Assembly: GCA_900752065.1 (NCBI GenBank)
Contig: CAADTT010000136.1
Location: 34,439 to 98,438, forward strand
Source: Lachnospiraceae bacterium
Lineage (GTDB): Bacteria > Bacillota > Clostridia > Lachnospirales > Lachnospiraceae
Length of the DNA stretch: 64,000 nucleotides
Reading direction: 5' to 3'
Shown: positions 37,301 through 47,599 of the stretch, piece by piece
How the letters are laid out: every line of letters begins with the position of its first letter
How positions within the stretch are numbered: position 1 is the first letter of the stretch
Position numbers and translations under genes: made by a program
The notes under the pieces: model-generated
Database searches by the model: none
Told to the model about the DNA's origin: nothing
Seen by the model: only the letters and a program-made list of their open reading frames with translations

Positions 37301-39195
37301 CCATGCATATGGGTTTTCTGCCCCTGTCACGGGAAGATATGGAAAAACGGGGGATCCGCCAGTTTGATTTCGTCTATGTGATTGGTGATGCCTATGTGGA
37401 TCATCCTTCCTTCGGACACGCCATCATCAGCCGGCTTTTGGAATCCCACGGATATTCTGCGGGAATTATCTCGCAGCCCGACTGGAATGATCCGGAGAGC
37501 GTCGCCATATATGGGGAACCGAGGCTTGCATTTCTCGTTTCTTCCGGAAATATGGATTCTATGGTAAACCATTATACCGTGTCGAAAAAGAGAAGGAGTA
37601 CGGATGCTTTTACTCCGGGCGGCGTTATGGGAAAACGCCCGGATCACGCCATCGTCGTTTACTGTAACCTGATCCGGAGAAACTATAAGCATACGCCCCT
37701 CATCATCGGCGGCATTGAGGCAAGCCTGCGGCGTCTGGCACATTATGATTACTGGACGGATTCTCTCAAGCGTTCCATTCTGCTGGATTCCGGAGCGGAT
37801 CTCATCTCCTACGGGATGGGGGAACGTTCCATGATACAGATCGCCGATGCCTTAAACAGCGGGATTGACATAAAGGATCTTACTTTTATAGAGGGGACTG
37901 TTTTTAAGACAAGAAATCCGGAACTTCTTTACGATTACATCGGGCTTCCCTCCTACGGGGAATTAAAAAAGGACAAATTAAATTATGCCAAAAGCTTTTA
38001 TATCCAGTACTGCAACACAGATCCCTTCTCTGGAAAGCGTCTGGCGGAGCCCTATGACGGGCAGCTTTATGTGGTGCAGAATCCCCCGGCAAAGCCGCTG
38101 AGCCAGGAAGAGATGGACAGCGTCTACGCACTGCCCTATATGCGGACTTATCATCCCAGCTATGAGGCTCTGGGCGGTGTCCCGGCCATTGCAGAAGTGA
38201 AATTCTCTCTGGTAAGCAATCGGGGATGCTTCGGCGGATGCAGCTTTTGTGCTCTGACCTTCCATCAGGGAAGGATCATCCAGACGAGGAGCCACGCTTC
38301 GATCATAGAAGAAGCAGAGAAGATGACAGAGGATCGGGATTTTAAAGGTTATATTCACGATGTGGGCGGCCCCACAGCGGATTTCAGGCATCCGGCCTGT
38401 GAAAAACAGCTTATCAGGGGAGCCTGTCCCACAAAGCAGTGTCTTTTTCCAAAGCCCTGTAAAAATCTGAATATCAGCCACAGGGATTACCTGTCGCTGC
38501 TTCGGAAGCTTCGGACGCTGCCGAAGGTAAAAAAAGTTTTTATCCGGTCGGGCATCCGTTTTGATTATCTGATTCATGATAAAGATGAGACATTTTTCAG
38601 GGAGCTGGTGCAGCATCATGTCAGCGGACAGCTCAAGGTAGCGCCGGAGCATGTGGCGGATCCGGTACTTTTGCGGATGGGAAAGCCGGAGCACGCCGTT
38701 TACCAGAGGTTTACAGAGCGATACCGGGAGCTGAACAGACAGTGTGGGAAAAACCAGTTTCTGGTGCCTTACCTGATGTCCTCCCATCCCGGATCTACCA
38801 TGCGGGAAGCTGTGCAGCTTGCGGAATATCTCAGAGATCTGGGGTATATGCCGGAGCAGGTGCAGGACTTTTATCCTACGCCGTCCACGATCTCTACCTG
38901 TATGTATTACACAGGGGTGGATCCCCGCACGATGGAGAAGGTTTATGTTCCGGTAAATCCCCACGAGAAAGCGATGCAGCGGGCGCTGATCCAGTACCGG
39001 AATCCGAAAAACTATGATCTGGTGGAGGAGGCGCTGAAGATCGCCCATCGGACAGATCTGATCGGATACGATAAGAGATGCCTGATTCGTCCAAGACAGG
39101 GCGGAAAACCAGCAAATGGAAACGGACAGAAAAATAGCGGCGTAAAAAAGAAAACCATACGGAACGTGCATAAAAAGGCGGGTGGGCGCAAGTGA
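37297..39195 (+). CDS. YgiQ family (UPF0313) radical SAM protein
   Basis: N-terminal [10 protein letters not shown] region; radical SAM cysteine cluster CFGGCSFC. Length 632 aa. Confidence 0.85.
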   Translation: MTMHMGFLPLSREDMEKRGIRQFDFVYVIGDAYVDHPSFGHAIISRLLESHGYSAGIISQPDWNDPESVAIYGEPRLAFLVSSGNMDSMVNHYTVSKKRRSTDAFTPGGVMGKRPDHAIVVYCNLIRRNYKHTPLIIGGIEASLRRLAHYDYWTDSLKRSILLDSGADLISYGMGERSMIQIADALNSGIDIKDLTFIEGTVFKTRNPELLYDYIGLPSYGELKKDKLNYAKSFYIQYCNTDPFSGKRLAEPYDGQLYVVQNPPAKPLSQEEMDSVYALPYMRTYHPSYEALGGVPAIAEVKFSLVSNRGCFGGCSFCALTFHQGRIIQTRSHASIIEEAEKMTEDRDFKGYIHDVGGPTADFRHPACEKQLIRGACPTKQCLFPKPCKNLNISHRDYLSLLRKLRTLPKVKKVFIRSGIRFDYLIHDKDETFFRELVQHHVSGQLKVAPEHVADPVLLRMGKPEHAVYQRFTERYRELNRQCGKNQFLVPYLMSSHPGSTMREAVQLAEYLRDLGYMPEQVQDFYPTPSTISTCMYYTGVDPRTMEKVYVPVNPHEKAMQRALIQYRNPKNYDLVEEALKIAHRTDLIGYDKRCLIRPRQGGKPANGNGQKNSGVKKKTIRNVHKKAGGRK

Positions 39196-39974
39196 AAATC
39201 GCAGTAGTGACAGGGGCATCCTCGGGGATGGGACAGGAATTTGTAAAACAGATATCGAAAACCTACAGGGTTCTCGATGAGATATGGGTCATCGGGCGGA
39301 GCATCGAAAAACTGTCCCGGTTGCAAAAGAGCGTCATGGGAAAGGTGCGTATCCTCCCGATGGATTTAACCGCACAGGAATCGAAAGAGCGTCTGCATCA
39401 GATCCTGAAAACAGAAAAGCCTCACATCAAACTTCTCATAAACTGTGCCGGAGCCGGAAAACTCGGTGGTTTTTCCGAACTTTCCCAGAGAGATCAGGAG
39501 ATGTGTGTGCAGTTAAACTGTGAAGCACTTATGGCAGTCACGCACCTCTGTCTGCCCTATATGCATCCACGCGCGCGAATCGTCCAGATGGCGTCCGCCG
39601 CTGCTTTCGTCCCACAGCCGGGATTTGCGGTCTATGCCGCCTCCAAAGCGTACGTCCTCAGCTTTTCCAGGGCGCTCCGGGAGGAACTTCGGGAGAGGGA
39701 AATCACTGTTACAGCCGTATGTCCAGGTTCTGTGGATACGCCGTTTTTTGATGACCAGCGTTATCCTGTTCCGGATTATAAGAGAAAAGTGATGGCGAAA
39801 CCGGAGAAGGTGGTGAGAAAAGCCATCCGGGATGCGGCAAAAGGAAGAGAGCTGTCTGTCTACGGAGGCAGCATGAAGGCATTTCAAATCCTGTGCAGAC
39901 TGCTCCCGCATACAGTGATCATCCGCATAGCGGGAAAACTCTGGAAATTATATGAAAAAGGAGAAGTCAAATGA
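39192..39974 (+). CDS. SDR family oxidoreductase
   Basis: TGASSGMG Rossmann motif and YAASKAY catalytic motif. Overlaps the ygiQ stop. Confidence 0.85.
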   Translation: MKIAVVTGASSGMGQEFVKQISKTYRVLDEIWVIGRSIEKLSRLQKSVMGKVRILPMDLTAQESKERLHQILKTEKPHIKLLINCAGAGKLGGFSELSQRDQEMCVQLNCEALMAVTHLCLPYMHPRARIVQMASAAAFVPQPGFAVYAASKAYVLSFSRALREELREREITVTAVCPGSVDTPFFDDQRYPVPDYKRKVMAKPEKVVRKAIRDAAKGRELSVYGGSMKAFQILCRLLPHTVIIRIAGKLWKLYEKGEVK

Positions 39975-40573
39975 AAATACAAAAAGGAGATTTCGGATAT
40001 ATCAATGCCCAGAAGAAAAAGCGTACCCTGATCACGGCTGTTCTTTTTCTCATTCCCCTGGTGATATTCTTTACCGGGCTGCATGAGACGGGGACGAGGC
40101 TGAACCTGTTTACCTTCGTGGCGATCATGGGGTGCCTTCCGGCTTCCCGCTCGGCGGTGGGCATGATCATGATGCTTATGCAGAAACCTGTTTCGCCGGA
40201 GGTTCATCAGAAGGTAGAGGCGCAGGCGGGAGAGCTGGTACGGGCCTATGAGCTGACCATATCCGCATACGAAAAGAACACCTCTCTGGACAGTCTGGTG
40301 GTCTGCGGCTATCATGTGGCAGCTTACAGCAGCAATCCAAAGACGGATGCTGCTTTTGCTGAAAAACATATCCGGGAGATTCTGAAAGGGAATGGATTCC
40401 GGGCAGACGTTAAGATTTTTAAAGATCTGAAACCTTACCTGGAACGTGTTTCCTCCCTGGAGAAGCAGCGGGAGACGGTCGAGAAGGATATCCCCTATAC
40501 GCCAAATCCCACCTATCCCGACCTGTCCAGAAGCGAGCTGGTAAAACACACGATCCTCGCGATTTCCCTGTAG
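39971..40573 (+). CDS. hypothetical membrane protein (200 aa)
   Basis: Two TM helices are followed by a soluble domain. The gene is translationally coupled to the SDR gene. Confidence 0.6.
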   Translation: MKIQKGDFGYINAQKKKRTLITAVLFLIPLVIFFTGLHETGTRLNLFTFVAIMGCLPASRSAVGMIMMLMQKPVSPEVHQKVEAQAGELVRAYELTISAYEKNTSLDSLVVCGYHVAAYSSNPKTDAAFAEKHIREILKGNGFRADVKIFKDLKPYLERVSSLEKQRETVEKDIPYTPNPTYPDLSRSELVKHTILAISL

Positions 40574-40582
40574 GAGACTTGT

Positions 40583-41593
40583 ATGAAAATCATTACCATA
40601 TCAAAAAATGAGGCAGGACAGCGGCTGGACAAGCTTTTGTCTAAATATCTGAACCAGGCGCCGAAAAGCTTTCTCTATAAAATGCTGCGGAAGAAAAATA
40701 TCACCCTGAACGGAAAAAAGGCGGACGGCAGCGAAAAGACAGCAATCGGTGATGAAGTAAAGCTGTTTCTTTCCGATGAAACAATCAGGAAATTTTCTTC
40801 TGTGGAAATCCCGGACGCCCACGGAAATCTGGATATTATTTATGAGGATGAAAACATTCTGCTGATCAATAAACCCTGCGGTATGCTGTCCCAAAAAGCG
40901 AAATCTTCCGATGTTTCCCTTGTGGAGCACCTGATCTCTTATCTGTTAGAGGAGGGCAGCGTGACAGAGACATCTCTGTCCGTGTTCCGCCCTTCCATCT
41001 GCAACCGTTTGGACAGAAATACCAGCGGTATTGTGGCTGCCGGAAAGTCTCTCGCAGGACTTCAGGCTATGGCGGAGGTCTTTAAGGACAGAAGCCTTCA
41101 TAAATATTATCTCTGTATCGTGGAGGGAAGAATCGCAGAGGAACGGCTGATCGAAGGCTATCTCACAAAAAATGAAGCGGCAAATCAGGTGCGCATCACG
41201 GAAAAGCCAAATGGAAAGGATTCTCTGCCGATCCGCACAAAATACCGCCCGGTGTCTGCGGCGGAGGATGCCACACTTCTGGAGGTGGAGCTGATCACGG
41301 GACGTTCTCATCAGATTCGTGCCCATTTGTCATCCATCGGACATCCGATCCTCGGAGATACGAAGTACGGCGATCCTGCGGCGAACGAGAGAATGCGGCA
41401 GCGCTTCGGTCTGAAATATCAGCTTTTGCATTCCTGGCGGTTTAAGCTGCCAAAGATGTCCGGGGAGTTGTCCGGACTGTCGGGAAAAGTATTTACTGCC
41501 AGACCGCCGAAGCAGTTTGACAGAATTCGAAAGGAGATGGGACTTAGCTATGGCGACCTGGAATTCCAGAGGACTTCGGGGCTCCACCCTTGA
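40583..41593 (+). CDS. RluA family pseudouridine synthase (RluD-like, S4 domain)
   Basis: RLDKLLSKYL S4 N-terminus; catalytic NRLDRNTSGIV; HQIRAHL. Confidence 0.85.
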   Translation: MKIITISKNEAGQRLDKLLSKYLNQAPKSFLYKMLRKKNITLNGKKADGSEKTAIGDEVKLFLSDETIRKFSSVEIPDAHGNLDIIYEDENILLINKPCGMLSQKAKSSDVSLVEHLISYLLEEGSVTETSLSVFRPSICNRLDRNTSGIVAAGKSLAGLQAMAEVFKDRSLHKYYLCIVEGRIAEERLIEGYLTKNEAANQVRITEKPNGKDSLPIRTKYRPVSAAEDATLLEVELITGRSHQIRAHLSSIGHPILGDTKYGDPAANERMRQRFGLKYQLLHSWRFKLPKMSGELSGLSGKVFTARPPKQFDRIRKEMGLSYGDLEFQRTSGLHP

Positions 41594-42083
41594 AGATCTG
41601 ATCAACCGCTCCAATGAGCACTATATGGAAAAGGGGCTGGCCCTGATACAGAAAATCCCAACCCCGATCACGCCGATAAAAATTGATAAGGAGCACCGGC
41701 ACATCACCCTTGCCTACTTCGATCAGAAAAGCACCGTGGACTATATCGGAGCCGTGCAGGGAATCCCCGTCTGTTTCGATGCAAAAGAATGTACATCCGA
41801 TACCTTTGCCCTCCAGAATATCCATGAGCATCAGGTTGCTTTTATGGAGAAATTCGAAGGTCAGGGCGGGATTTCCTTTTTGATCCTCTTCTTTTCCAGC
41901 CGAAACGAGCTGTTCTACCTTCCCTATGCCCATATGCGCATCTTTTGGGACAGGGCAAAAGCAGGCGGCAGAAAAAGCTTTCGCTACGAGGAGCTGGACC
42001 AGAATTTTAAAATCCATCCCGCCGGAGGAATCCTTGTACCGTATCTGGAAACCCTGCAAATGGATTTAGATCTGAGGGATTGA
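41550..42083 (+). CDS. recU: Holliday junction resolvase RecU
   Basis: MATWNSRGLRGSTLEDLINRSNEHY...FDAKEC are conserved RecU motifs. The start overlaps the rluD-like 3' end. Confidence 0.85.
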   Translation: MATWNSRGLRGSTLEDLINRSNEHYMEKGLALIQKIPTPITPIKIDKEHRHITLAYFDQKSTVDYIGAVQGIPVCFDAKECTSDTFALQNIHEHQVAFMEKFEGQGGISFLILFFSSRNELFYLPYAHMRIFWDRAKAGGRKSFRYEELDQNFKIHPAGGILVPYLETLQMDLDLRD

Positions 42084-42108
42084 CATTTGAGATACCTTAG
42101 CATATAAT
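42080..42108 (+). promoter_or_regulatory. perfect-consensus sigmaA promoter (TTGACA-N17-TATAAT) for his operon, overlapping recU stop codon
   Basis: TTGACA at 42080-42085, a 17-bp spacer, and TATAAT at 42103-42108. Confidence 0.6.
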
Positions 42109-42287
42109 TGTGTGAGCTTAATTTTATTATGATAGTGAATTATCACATTAAAGTGTTAAAGTGAAGAACGGGCTCAACGAGTGCATTAGAAAATCACAGA
42201 ACTGGTCAGATGTGCCAGTACTTTGATTTGCGATGTACCGGGTATGCCTATAAAAAAGCTGCTGTTCATGCGGCACGGGAGGTAAAT

Positions 42288-43400
42288 ATGGATCAGAAAC
42301 TGCTGCACACGCCGGACGGCGTCCGGGATATCTATAATGAGGAATGTGAGAAGAAGCTGACGCTGCAGCATCATCTGCATGAGATTATGAAAGGTTATGG
42401 ATATCGGGATATTGAGACGCCGACCTTTGAATTTTTTGATGTATTCAGTAAGGAGGTGGGTACGACTCCCTCCAGAGATTTATACAAATTTTTTGACAGA
42501 GAGGGGAATACGCTGGTGCTCCGGCCGGATATTACGCCTTCTATCGCCAGAGCTTCCGCTAAATATTTTGGCGGAGAGACAGATCCTTTGCGATTCTGTT
42601 ATGTGGGAAACACTTTTATCAACAACTCCAGCTATCAGGGATATCTCAAGGAGACGACACAGCTCGGTGCAGAGCTGATTGGTGATAATTCTGTGGACTC
42701 TGACGCAGAAATCATCGCTATGGTTATCGAGTGTCTGCTAAAAGCCGGGCTGAAGGAATTTCAGGTGAGCATCGGGCAGGTGAACTTTTTTGAAAGCCTG
42801 CTGAAAGAGGCGGGAATCCAGGGCGAAGAAGAAGAGGAGCTGAAGCGCCTGATATCAAATAAAAATAATTTTGGCGTGGAGGAGCTTCTCAGTGAAAAAA
42901 ATATCCGTGGGGATTTAAAACAGCTTTTTGTCAGCCTGCCGAAGCTTTATGGCGGCATGGAAGCGTTGGAGACGGCAAGGAGCATGACCGAAAATCCGGA
43001 GGCACTGGCGGCTCTTCACAGGCTTGAGGAGATCTATGAGATCCTGACCGTCTACGGCGTGGAGCGGTATGTTTCCTTTGACCTGGGAATGCTCAGCAAA
43101 TATATGTACTATACGGGAGTGATTTTCCGGGCATACACCTTCGGCACCGGAGGAGCTGTCGTAAAAGGCGGCCGCTATGATAAGCTTCTGGAGCATTTTG
43201 GAAAGGAAGCACCTTCCATCGGATTTGTCGTTGTGGTAAACCAGCTTTTAAACGCACTGGAACGTCAGAAGATTTCTCTTCCCTCCTCCGAGGTTCCCAT
43301 GATCCTGCGCTACCGTCCGGAGGAGAGGGATGCCATGATACGAAAGGCAGGAGAAATGAGACGGGAAGGAAACTATGTGGCGCTGGTGCCGGAAAAATAG
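42288..43400 (+). CDS. hisZ: ATP phosphoribosyltransferase regulatory subunit HisZ
   Basis: HisS-like class II aaRS core without an anticodon-binding domain. GGGAGG Shine-Dalgarno. Directly upstream of short-form hisG. Confidence 0.85.
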   Translation: MDQKLLHTPDGVRDIYNEECEKKLTLQHHLHEIMKGYGYRDIETPTFEFFDVFSKEVGTTPSRDLYKFFDREGNTLVLRPDITPSIARASAKYFGGETDPLRFCYVGNTFINNSSYQGYLKETTQLGAELIGDNSVDSDAEIIAMVIECLLKAGLKEFQVSIGQVNFFESLLKEAGIQGEEEEELKRLISNKNNFGVEELLSEKNIRGDLKQLFVSLPKLYGGMEALETARSMTENPEALAALHRLEEIYEILTVYGVERYVSFDLGMLSKYMYYTGVIFRAYTFGTGGAVVKGGRYDKLLEHFGKEAPSIGFVVVVNQLLNALERQKISLPSSEVPMILRYRPEERDAMIRKAGEMRREGNYVALVPEK

Positions 43401-43412
43401 AAGGAGCAAACT

Positions 43413-44048
43413 ATGAGATATTTGACATTTGCATTAGGAAAGGGACGGCTGGCCAATACCACTCTTTCCCTGTTTGAAAAAATCGGGATCACCTGTGAAG
43501 AGATGAAGGATAAAAATTCCCGAAAGCTGATTTTTGTAAATGAAGATCTGAAGCTGAAATTCTTCCTGGCAAAAGGGCCGGATGTGCCTACCTATGTGGA
43601 GTACGGCGCGGCAGATATCGGTATTGTGGGAGAAGATACGATTTTAGAGGAACAGCGAAAACTCTATGAGGTGCTGGACCTGGGCTTTGGCAAATGCCGC
43701 ATGTGCGTCTGCGGTCCATCGTCGGCAAAAGAGCTTTTGCAGCATCAGGAGCAGATTCGGGTAGCTACAAAATATCCCCGGATCGCTAAGGATTATTTTT
43801 ACAATAAGAAGCATCAGACTGTGGAGATCATTAAGCTCAACGGTTCCATCGAGCTGGCTCCCATCGTGGGACTTTCAGAGGTGATCGTAGACATCGTGGA
43901 GACGGGAAGCACCCTCCGGGAAAACGGTCTGGAGGTATTGGAGGAGGTCTGCCCCCTCTCAGCCAGAGTGGTGGTAAACCAGGTGAGCATGAGAATGGAA
44001 AATGAACGGATCACAAAAATTCTGACAGACTTAAAGTCTGTGCTGTAA
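43413..44048 (+). CDS. hisG: ATP phosphoribosyltransferase (short form)
   Basis: [13 protein letters not shown]...; 211 aa. Confidence 0.9.
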   Translation: MRYLTFALGKGRLANTTLSLFEKIGITCEEMKDKNSRKLIFVNEDLKLKFFLAKGPDVPTYVEYGAADIGIVGEDTILEEQRKLYEVLDLGFGKCRMCVCGPSSAKELLQHQEQIRVATKYPRIAKDYFYNKKHQTVEIIKLNGSIELAPIVGLSEVIVDIVETGSTLRENGLEVLEEVCPLSARVVVNQVSMRMENERITKILTDLKSVL

Positions 44049-44061
44049 ATGAGGTGAAGTT

Positions 44062-45354
44062 ATGCGCACGATTAGATTAACAGAAGAGACGAAAAAAAAT
44101 CTGCTGCAGGATCTCTTAAAGAGAAGTCCCGGCAGCTATGGCGAATATGAAGGAAGAGTGGCGGATATCGTAAATGCTGTCCGTGAAAAAGGTGATGCAG
44201 CGGTGTTTGCATTTACAGAGAAGTTCGACAAGGCCCATATCACAGCAGAAAATGTCCGCGTGACAAAAGAAGAACTGGAGGAGGCTTATACGCTGGTAGA
44301 TCCGGAGCTTATAGAGGTCATCCGCAAATCCCTGGTCAATATCCGCAGCTATCATGAAAAGCAGCGCCGCTATAGCTGGTTTGACAGCCAGGAGAACGGC
44401 ACTCTGCTGGGACAGAAAGTGATGCCGCTGGCGAAAGTGGGCGTGTACGTTCCAGGCGGGAAAGCAGTCTATCCTTCCTCTGTGCTGATGAACATTGTTC
44501 CGGCGAAGGTGGCTGGAGTAGGAAAAATCGTCATGACTACTCCATGTGGAAAAGATGGAAAAGTGAATCCGACAACTCTGGTGGCCGCACATGAGGCCGG
44601 AGCCGATGAAGTTTATAAGGTAGGGGGCGCTCAGGCAATCGCGGCCCTGGCATTTGGAACGGAAACCATCCCAAAAGTAGATAAGATCGTAGGCCCCGGA
44701 AATATCTATGTGGCGCTGGCAAAAAGGGCGGTGTATGGTCATGTCAATATCGATTCCATCGCAGGCCCGAGCGAAATTCTGGTTTTGGCGGATGAGAGCG
44801 CGAATCCCCGCTATGTGGCGGCAGATCTGCTGTCCCAGGCGGAGCATGATGAAATGGCAAGTGCAATTCTCATCACTACCAGTGAAGAGCTGGCAGGAAA
44901 GGTATCGGAGGAAGCGGACGGCTTTCTGGAAGTCCTCTCCCGAAAAGAGATCATCCAAAAATCTCTGGATAACTACGGATACATCCTGCTGGCAGACTCT
45001 ATGGAAGCAGCCATCGACGCTGCCAATGAAATTGCATCTGAGCATCTGGAGATCGTCACGAAGGATCCCTTCCATGTGATGACAAAAATCAAAAACGCCG
45101 GAGCAATCTTTATCGGAGAATACAGCAGCGAGCCTTTGGGAGACTATTTTGCAGGGCCGAACCATGTATTGCCCACCAACGGCACTGCTAAATTCTTCTC
45201 CCCTCTGTCTGTGGATGACTTTACGAAAAAATCCAGTATCGTTTACTATTCCAGAGAGGCACTGGAGCCGGTGCATAAAGATATTATCCGGTTTGCCGAG
45301 GCGGAGCAGCTTACCGCACACGCCAATTCCATCCGTGTGCGTTTCGAGAAATGA
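44062..45354 (+). CDS. hisD: histidinol dehydrogenase
   Basis: Conserved HisD regions (GPGNIYVALAK, SQAEHDE). Confidence 0.9.
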   Translation: MRTIRLTEETKKNLLQDLLKRSPGSYGEYEGRVADIVNAVREKGDAAVFAFTEKFDKAHITAENVRVTKEELEEAYTLVDPELIEVIRKSLVNIRSYHEKQRRYSWFDSQENGTLLGQKVMPLAKVGVYVPGGKAVYPSSVLMNIVPAKVAGVGKIVMTTPCGKDGKVNPTTLVAAHEAGADEVYKVGGAQAIAALAFGTETIPKVDKIVGPGNIYVALAKRAVYGHVNIDSIAGPSEILVLADESANPRYVAADLLSQAEHDEMASAILITTSEELAGKVSEEADGFLEVLSRKEIIQKSLDNYGYILLADSMEAAIDAANEIASEHLEIVTKDPFHVMTKIKNAGAIFIGEYSSEPLGDYFAGPNHVLPTNGTAKFFSPLSVDDFTKKSSIVYYSREALEPVHKDIIRFAEAEQLTAHANSIRVRFEK

Positions 45355-45362
45355 GGTGCATC

Positions 45363-45953
45363 ATGACAGAACGCAGAGCAGTGATCGAGAGAAATACGAA
45401 AGAAACACAGATACGCCTGACGCTTAATCTGGACGGAACGGGAAAGTGCCGGGTAGATTCCGGAATCCCATTTTTTGACCATATGCTGGAGGGCTTTGCA
45501 AGACATGGACTTTTTGACCTGGAAGCGGAAATTCATGGAGACACCCAGATAGACTCCCATCATACGATCGAAGATACAGGTATCGTACTGGGAGAGGCAA
45601 TTCGAAAAGCAGTGGGTGATAAGGCAGGCATCCGGCGCTACGGCAGCGCGATCCTGCCTATGGATGAGTCCCTGATCCTCTGTGCCGTGGATTTATCCGG
45701 ACGGCCTTATCTTTCCTTCGACTGTGATTACACGGTAGAGAGGATCGGCGCTCTGGATACAGAGATGATTCATGACTTTTTTTATGCTGTTTCCTACGGG
45801 GCAGCTATGAACCTGCATATCAAAAAGATTTCCGGGTTCAATAACCACCATCTCGCCGAATGCACGTTTAAGGCATTTGCAAAAGCACTGGATGCCGCCG
45901 TCATGTATGATGAGCGTATCTGTGGCGTATTATCAACGAAAGGGACCTTATGA
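45363..45953 (+). CDS. hisB: imidazoleglycerol-phosphate dehydratase
   Basis: RNTKETQI...D/H metal motifs ([15 protein letters not shown]). GAGGTG Shine-Dalgarno. Confidence 0.9.
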   Translation: MTERRAVIERNTKETQIRLTLNLDGTGKCRVDSGIPFFDHMLEGFARHGLFDLEAEIHGDTQIDSHHTIEDTGIVLGEAIRKAVGDKAGIRRYGSAILPMDESLILCAVDLSGRPYLSFDCDYTVERIGALDTEMIHDFFYAVSYGAAMNLHIKKISGFNNHHLAECTFKAFAKALDAAVMYDERICGVLSTKGTL

Positions 45954-47245
45954 TTATGAAGACGAAGAAACTGGCATCATATATTTTTATCAGAAATGGG
46001 AAAGCAGTCAAAGACTTTTCCGACGATACGCTGTTCGAGGGCGGAGATGTGCTGGAACTGGCACAGTATTACAGCAACAACGGCGCAGACGAGCTGATCA
46101 TTTTCGATCTCTCCGACGACGATGCTTCCCACGAGGAATCTCTGCTGCTAATCAAAGAGATGTCCCGTCTGATCGATATCCCTATGGCGGGCGGCGGAAA
46201 TGTAAAGCGTATGGAGGATATCAAGAAGCTGATTTACGCAGGATGCCGGAAGGCGTTCCTGAATTTTTCCAAACCGGGAAATATAGGGCTGCTGGAGGAA
46301 GTATCCAAACGATTCGGAAAGGAGAAGATCGCTGTCTGTGCGGACAGCATCGCAGAGCTGAGCTCCAACAGGGGGCTGATCGAGGAATATGCGGGGGAGG
46401 TTCTGTTTCTGGCAGACGAGGTGCATGCATCCGAAGCCTGCAAAGCAGCAAATGTTCCGGTGATGCCCGTTGTCACACACTTTGACGTGGACGGCATCTT
46501 AGAACTTCTGCGTATCGAAAATGTTTCCGGTGTCTGTGCGAAAGCACTTTCTGAAAAAGACAGTGATCTTATGGGAATGAAGCTTCAGGCAAAGGAGCAG
46601 GGGATTCCGGTGAATACCTTTGAGAGCAGTATGGACTGGCCGGAGTTCAAGACAAATGAGGACGGTCTGCTTCCTGTAGTCGTACAGGACTATAAAACTC
46701 TGGAGGTCCTGATGGTGGCTTATATGAACCGCGAGGCCTATGAGACGACCATCCGGACAGGAAAAATGACCTACTGGAGCCGCAGCCGGAAGGAACTCTG
46801 GGTTAAGGGTCTGACCTCCGGACATTTCCAGTATGTGAGGGAGCTTCTCATCGACTGCGACAATGATACGATTCTGGCGAAGGTGCTTCAGGTGGGTGCC
46901 GCCTGTCACACGGGAAACAGAAGCTGCTTCTACCGCAGCATGGTGAAAAAGGACTATGACGAGACGAATCCTATGAAGGTATTTGAGGATGTTTTCTCCG
47001 TGATCCTGGACAGAAAAGAACACCCGAAGGAGGGTTCCTATACCAACTACCTGTTTGACAAGGGTATTGACAAGATTTTAAAGAAGGTGGGCGAGGAGGC
47101 GACGGAAATCGTCATCGCCGCCAAGAATCCGAACCCGGAAGAGATCAAATACGAAATCTCGGATTTCCTCTATCATGTCATGGTGCTGATGGCAGAAAGA
47201 GGTGTGACCTGGGAGGATATCACAAAAGAGCTTGCACAGAGATAA
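45950..47245 (+). CDS. hisIE: fusion protein: N-terminal HisA/HisF-like (beta/alpha)8 barrel domain + phosphoribosyl-AMP cyclohydrolase (HisI) + phosphoribosyl-ATP pyrophosphatase (HisE)
   Basis: The C-terminal half has HisI ([11 protein letters not shown]) and HisE ([24 protein letters not shown]) signatures. The N-terminal 230 aa resemble the HisA/HisF fold, with a [11 protein letters not shown] phosphate-binding motif. Confidence 0.75.
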   Translation: MIMKTKKLASYIFIRNGKAVKDFSDDTLFEGGDVLELAQYYSNNGADELIIFDLSDDDASHEESLLLIKEMSRLIDIPMAGGGNVKRMEDIKKLIYAGCRKAFLNFSKPGNIGLLEEVSKRFGKEKIAVCADSIAELSSNRGLIEEYAGEVLFLADEVHASEACKAANVPVMPVVTHFDVDGILELLRIENVSGVCAKALSEKDSDLMGMKLQAKEQGIPVNTFESSMDWPEFKTNEDGLLPVVVQDYKTLEVLMVAYMNREAYETTIRTGKMTYWSRSRKELWVKGLTSGHFQYVRELLIDCDNDTILAKVLQVGAACHTGNRSCFYRSMVKKDYDETNPMKVFEDVFSVILDRKEHPKEGSYTNYLFDKGIDKILKKVGEEATEIVIAAKNPNPEEIKYEISDFLYHVMVLMAERGVTWEDITKELAQR

Positions 47246-47270
47246 AGAACCGGAAACGGTTCTTTTTTTC
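47246..47270 (+). terminator. intrinsic terminator
   Basis: AAGAACCG-gaaa-CGGTTCTT followed by TTTTTT. Confidence 0.85.
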
Positions 47271-47325
47271 TGCCCGGCACAATATGGTTTTAGAGAGATA
47301 CCGTGATAGAAGGGACGTGAACAGG

Positions 47326-47574
47326 ATGCGGAATGCCTACGGATGCCGTTTCGATCACCTGGAGACGGAGGAAACAGAAAGAGGGGACGGAGGCAATACC
47401 TTTTTTCTGCGTCTTCTGCTCTCTCTGCTGCTGTTTGGCGGCTTTTTATGGATACACACAGAAAAAAGAGCAGTTTTTGGCTGCCATCCGGAGCAGGCGG
47501 TGGAAGCCATCAGCCGAAACACAGACTTGCAGGCCCTCGTAAAGTCTGTTAGAATAGAGCGGGAGACGAGATAG
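47326..47574 (+). CDS. hypothetical small membrane protein (about 82 aa)
   Basis: One TM segment (FFLRLLLSLLLFGGFLWI). Start is uncertain; the six-frame ORF begins at 47284. Confidence 0.3.
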   Translation: MRNAYGCRFDHLETEETERGDGGNTFFLRLLLSLLLFGGFLWIHTEKRAVFGCHPEQAVEAISRNTDLQALVKSVRIERETR

Positions 47575-47599
47575 GCAAAAGGTACGAAAGGGGAGACGT

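Noticed and set aside
37978-39219. 413-aa minus-strand ORF
   Set aside because: It is antisense to the YgiQ radical-SAM gene.
42084-42287. T-box riboswitch upstream of hisZ
   Set aside because: No T-box consensus (AGGGTGGNACCGCG) or specifier/antiterminator architecture was found; only short AT-rich palindromes.
44116-45321. 401-aa minus-strand ORF
   Set aside because: It is antisense to hisD.
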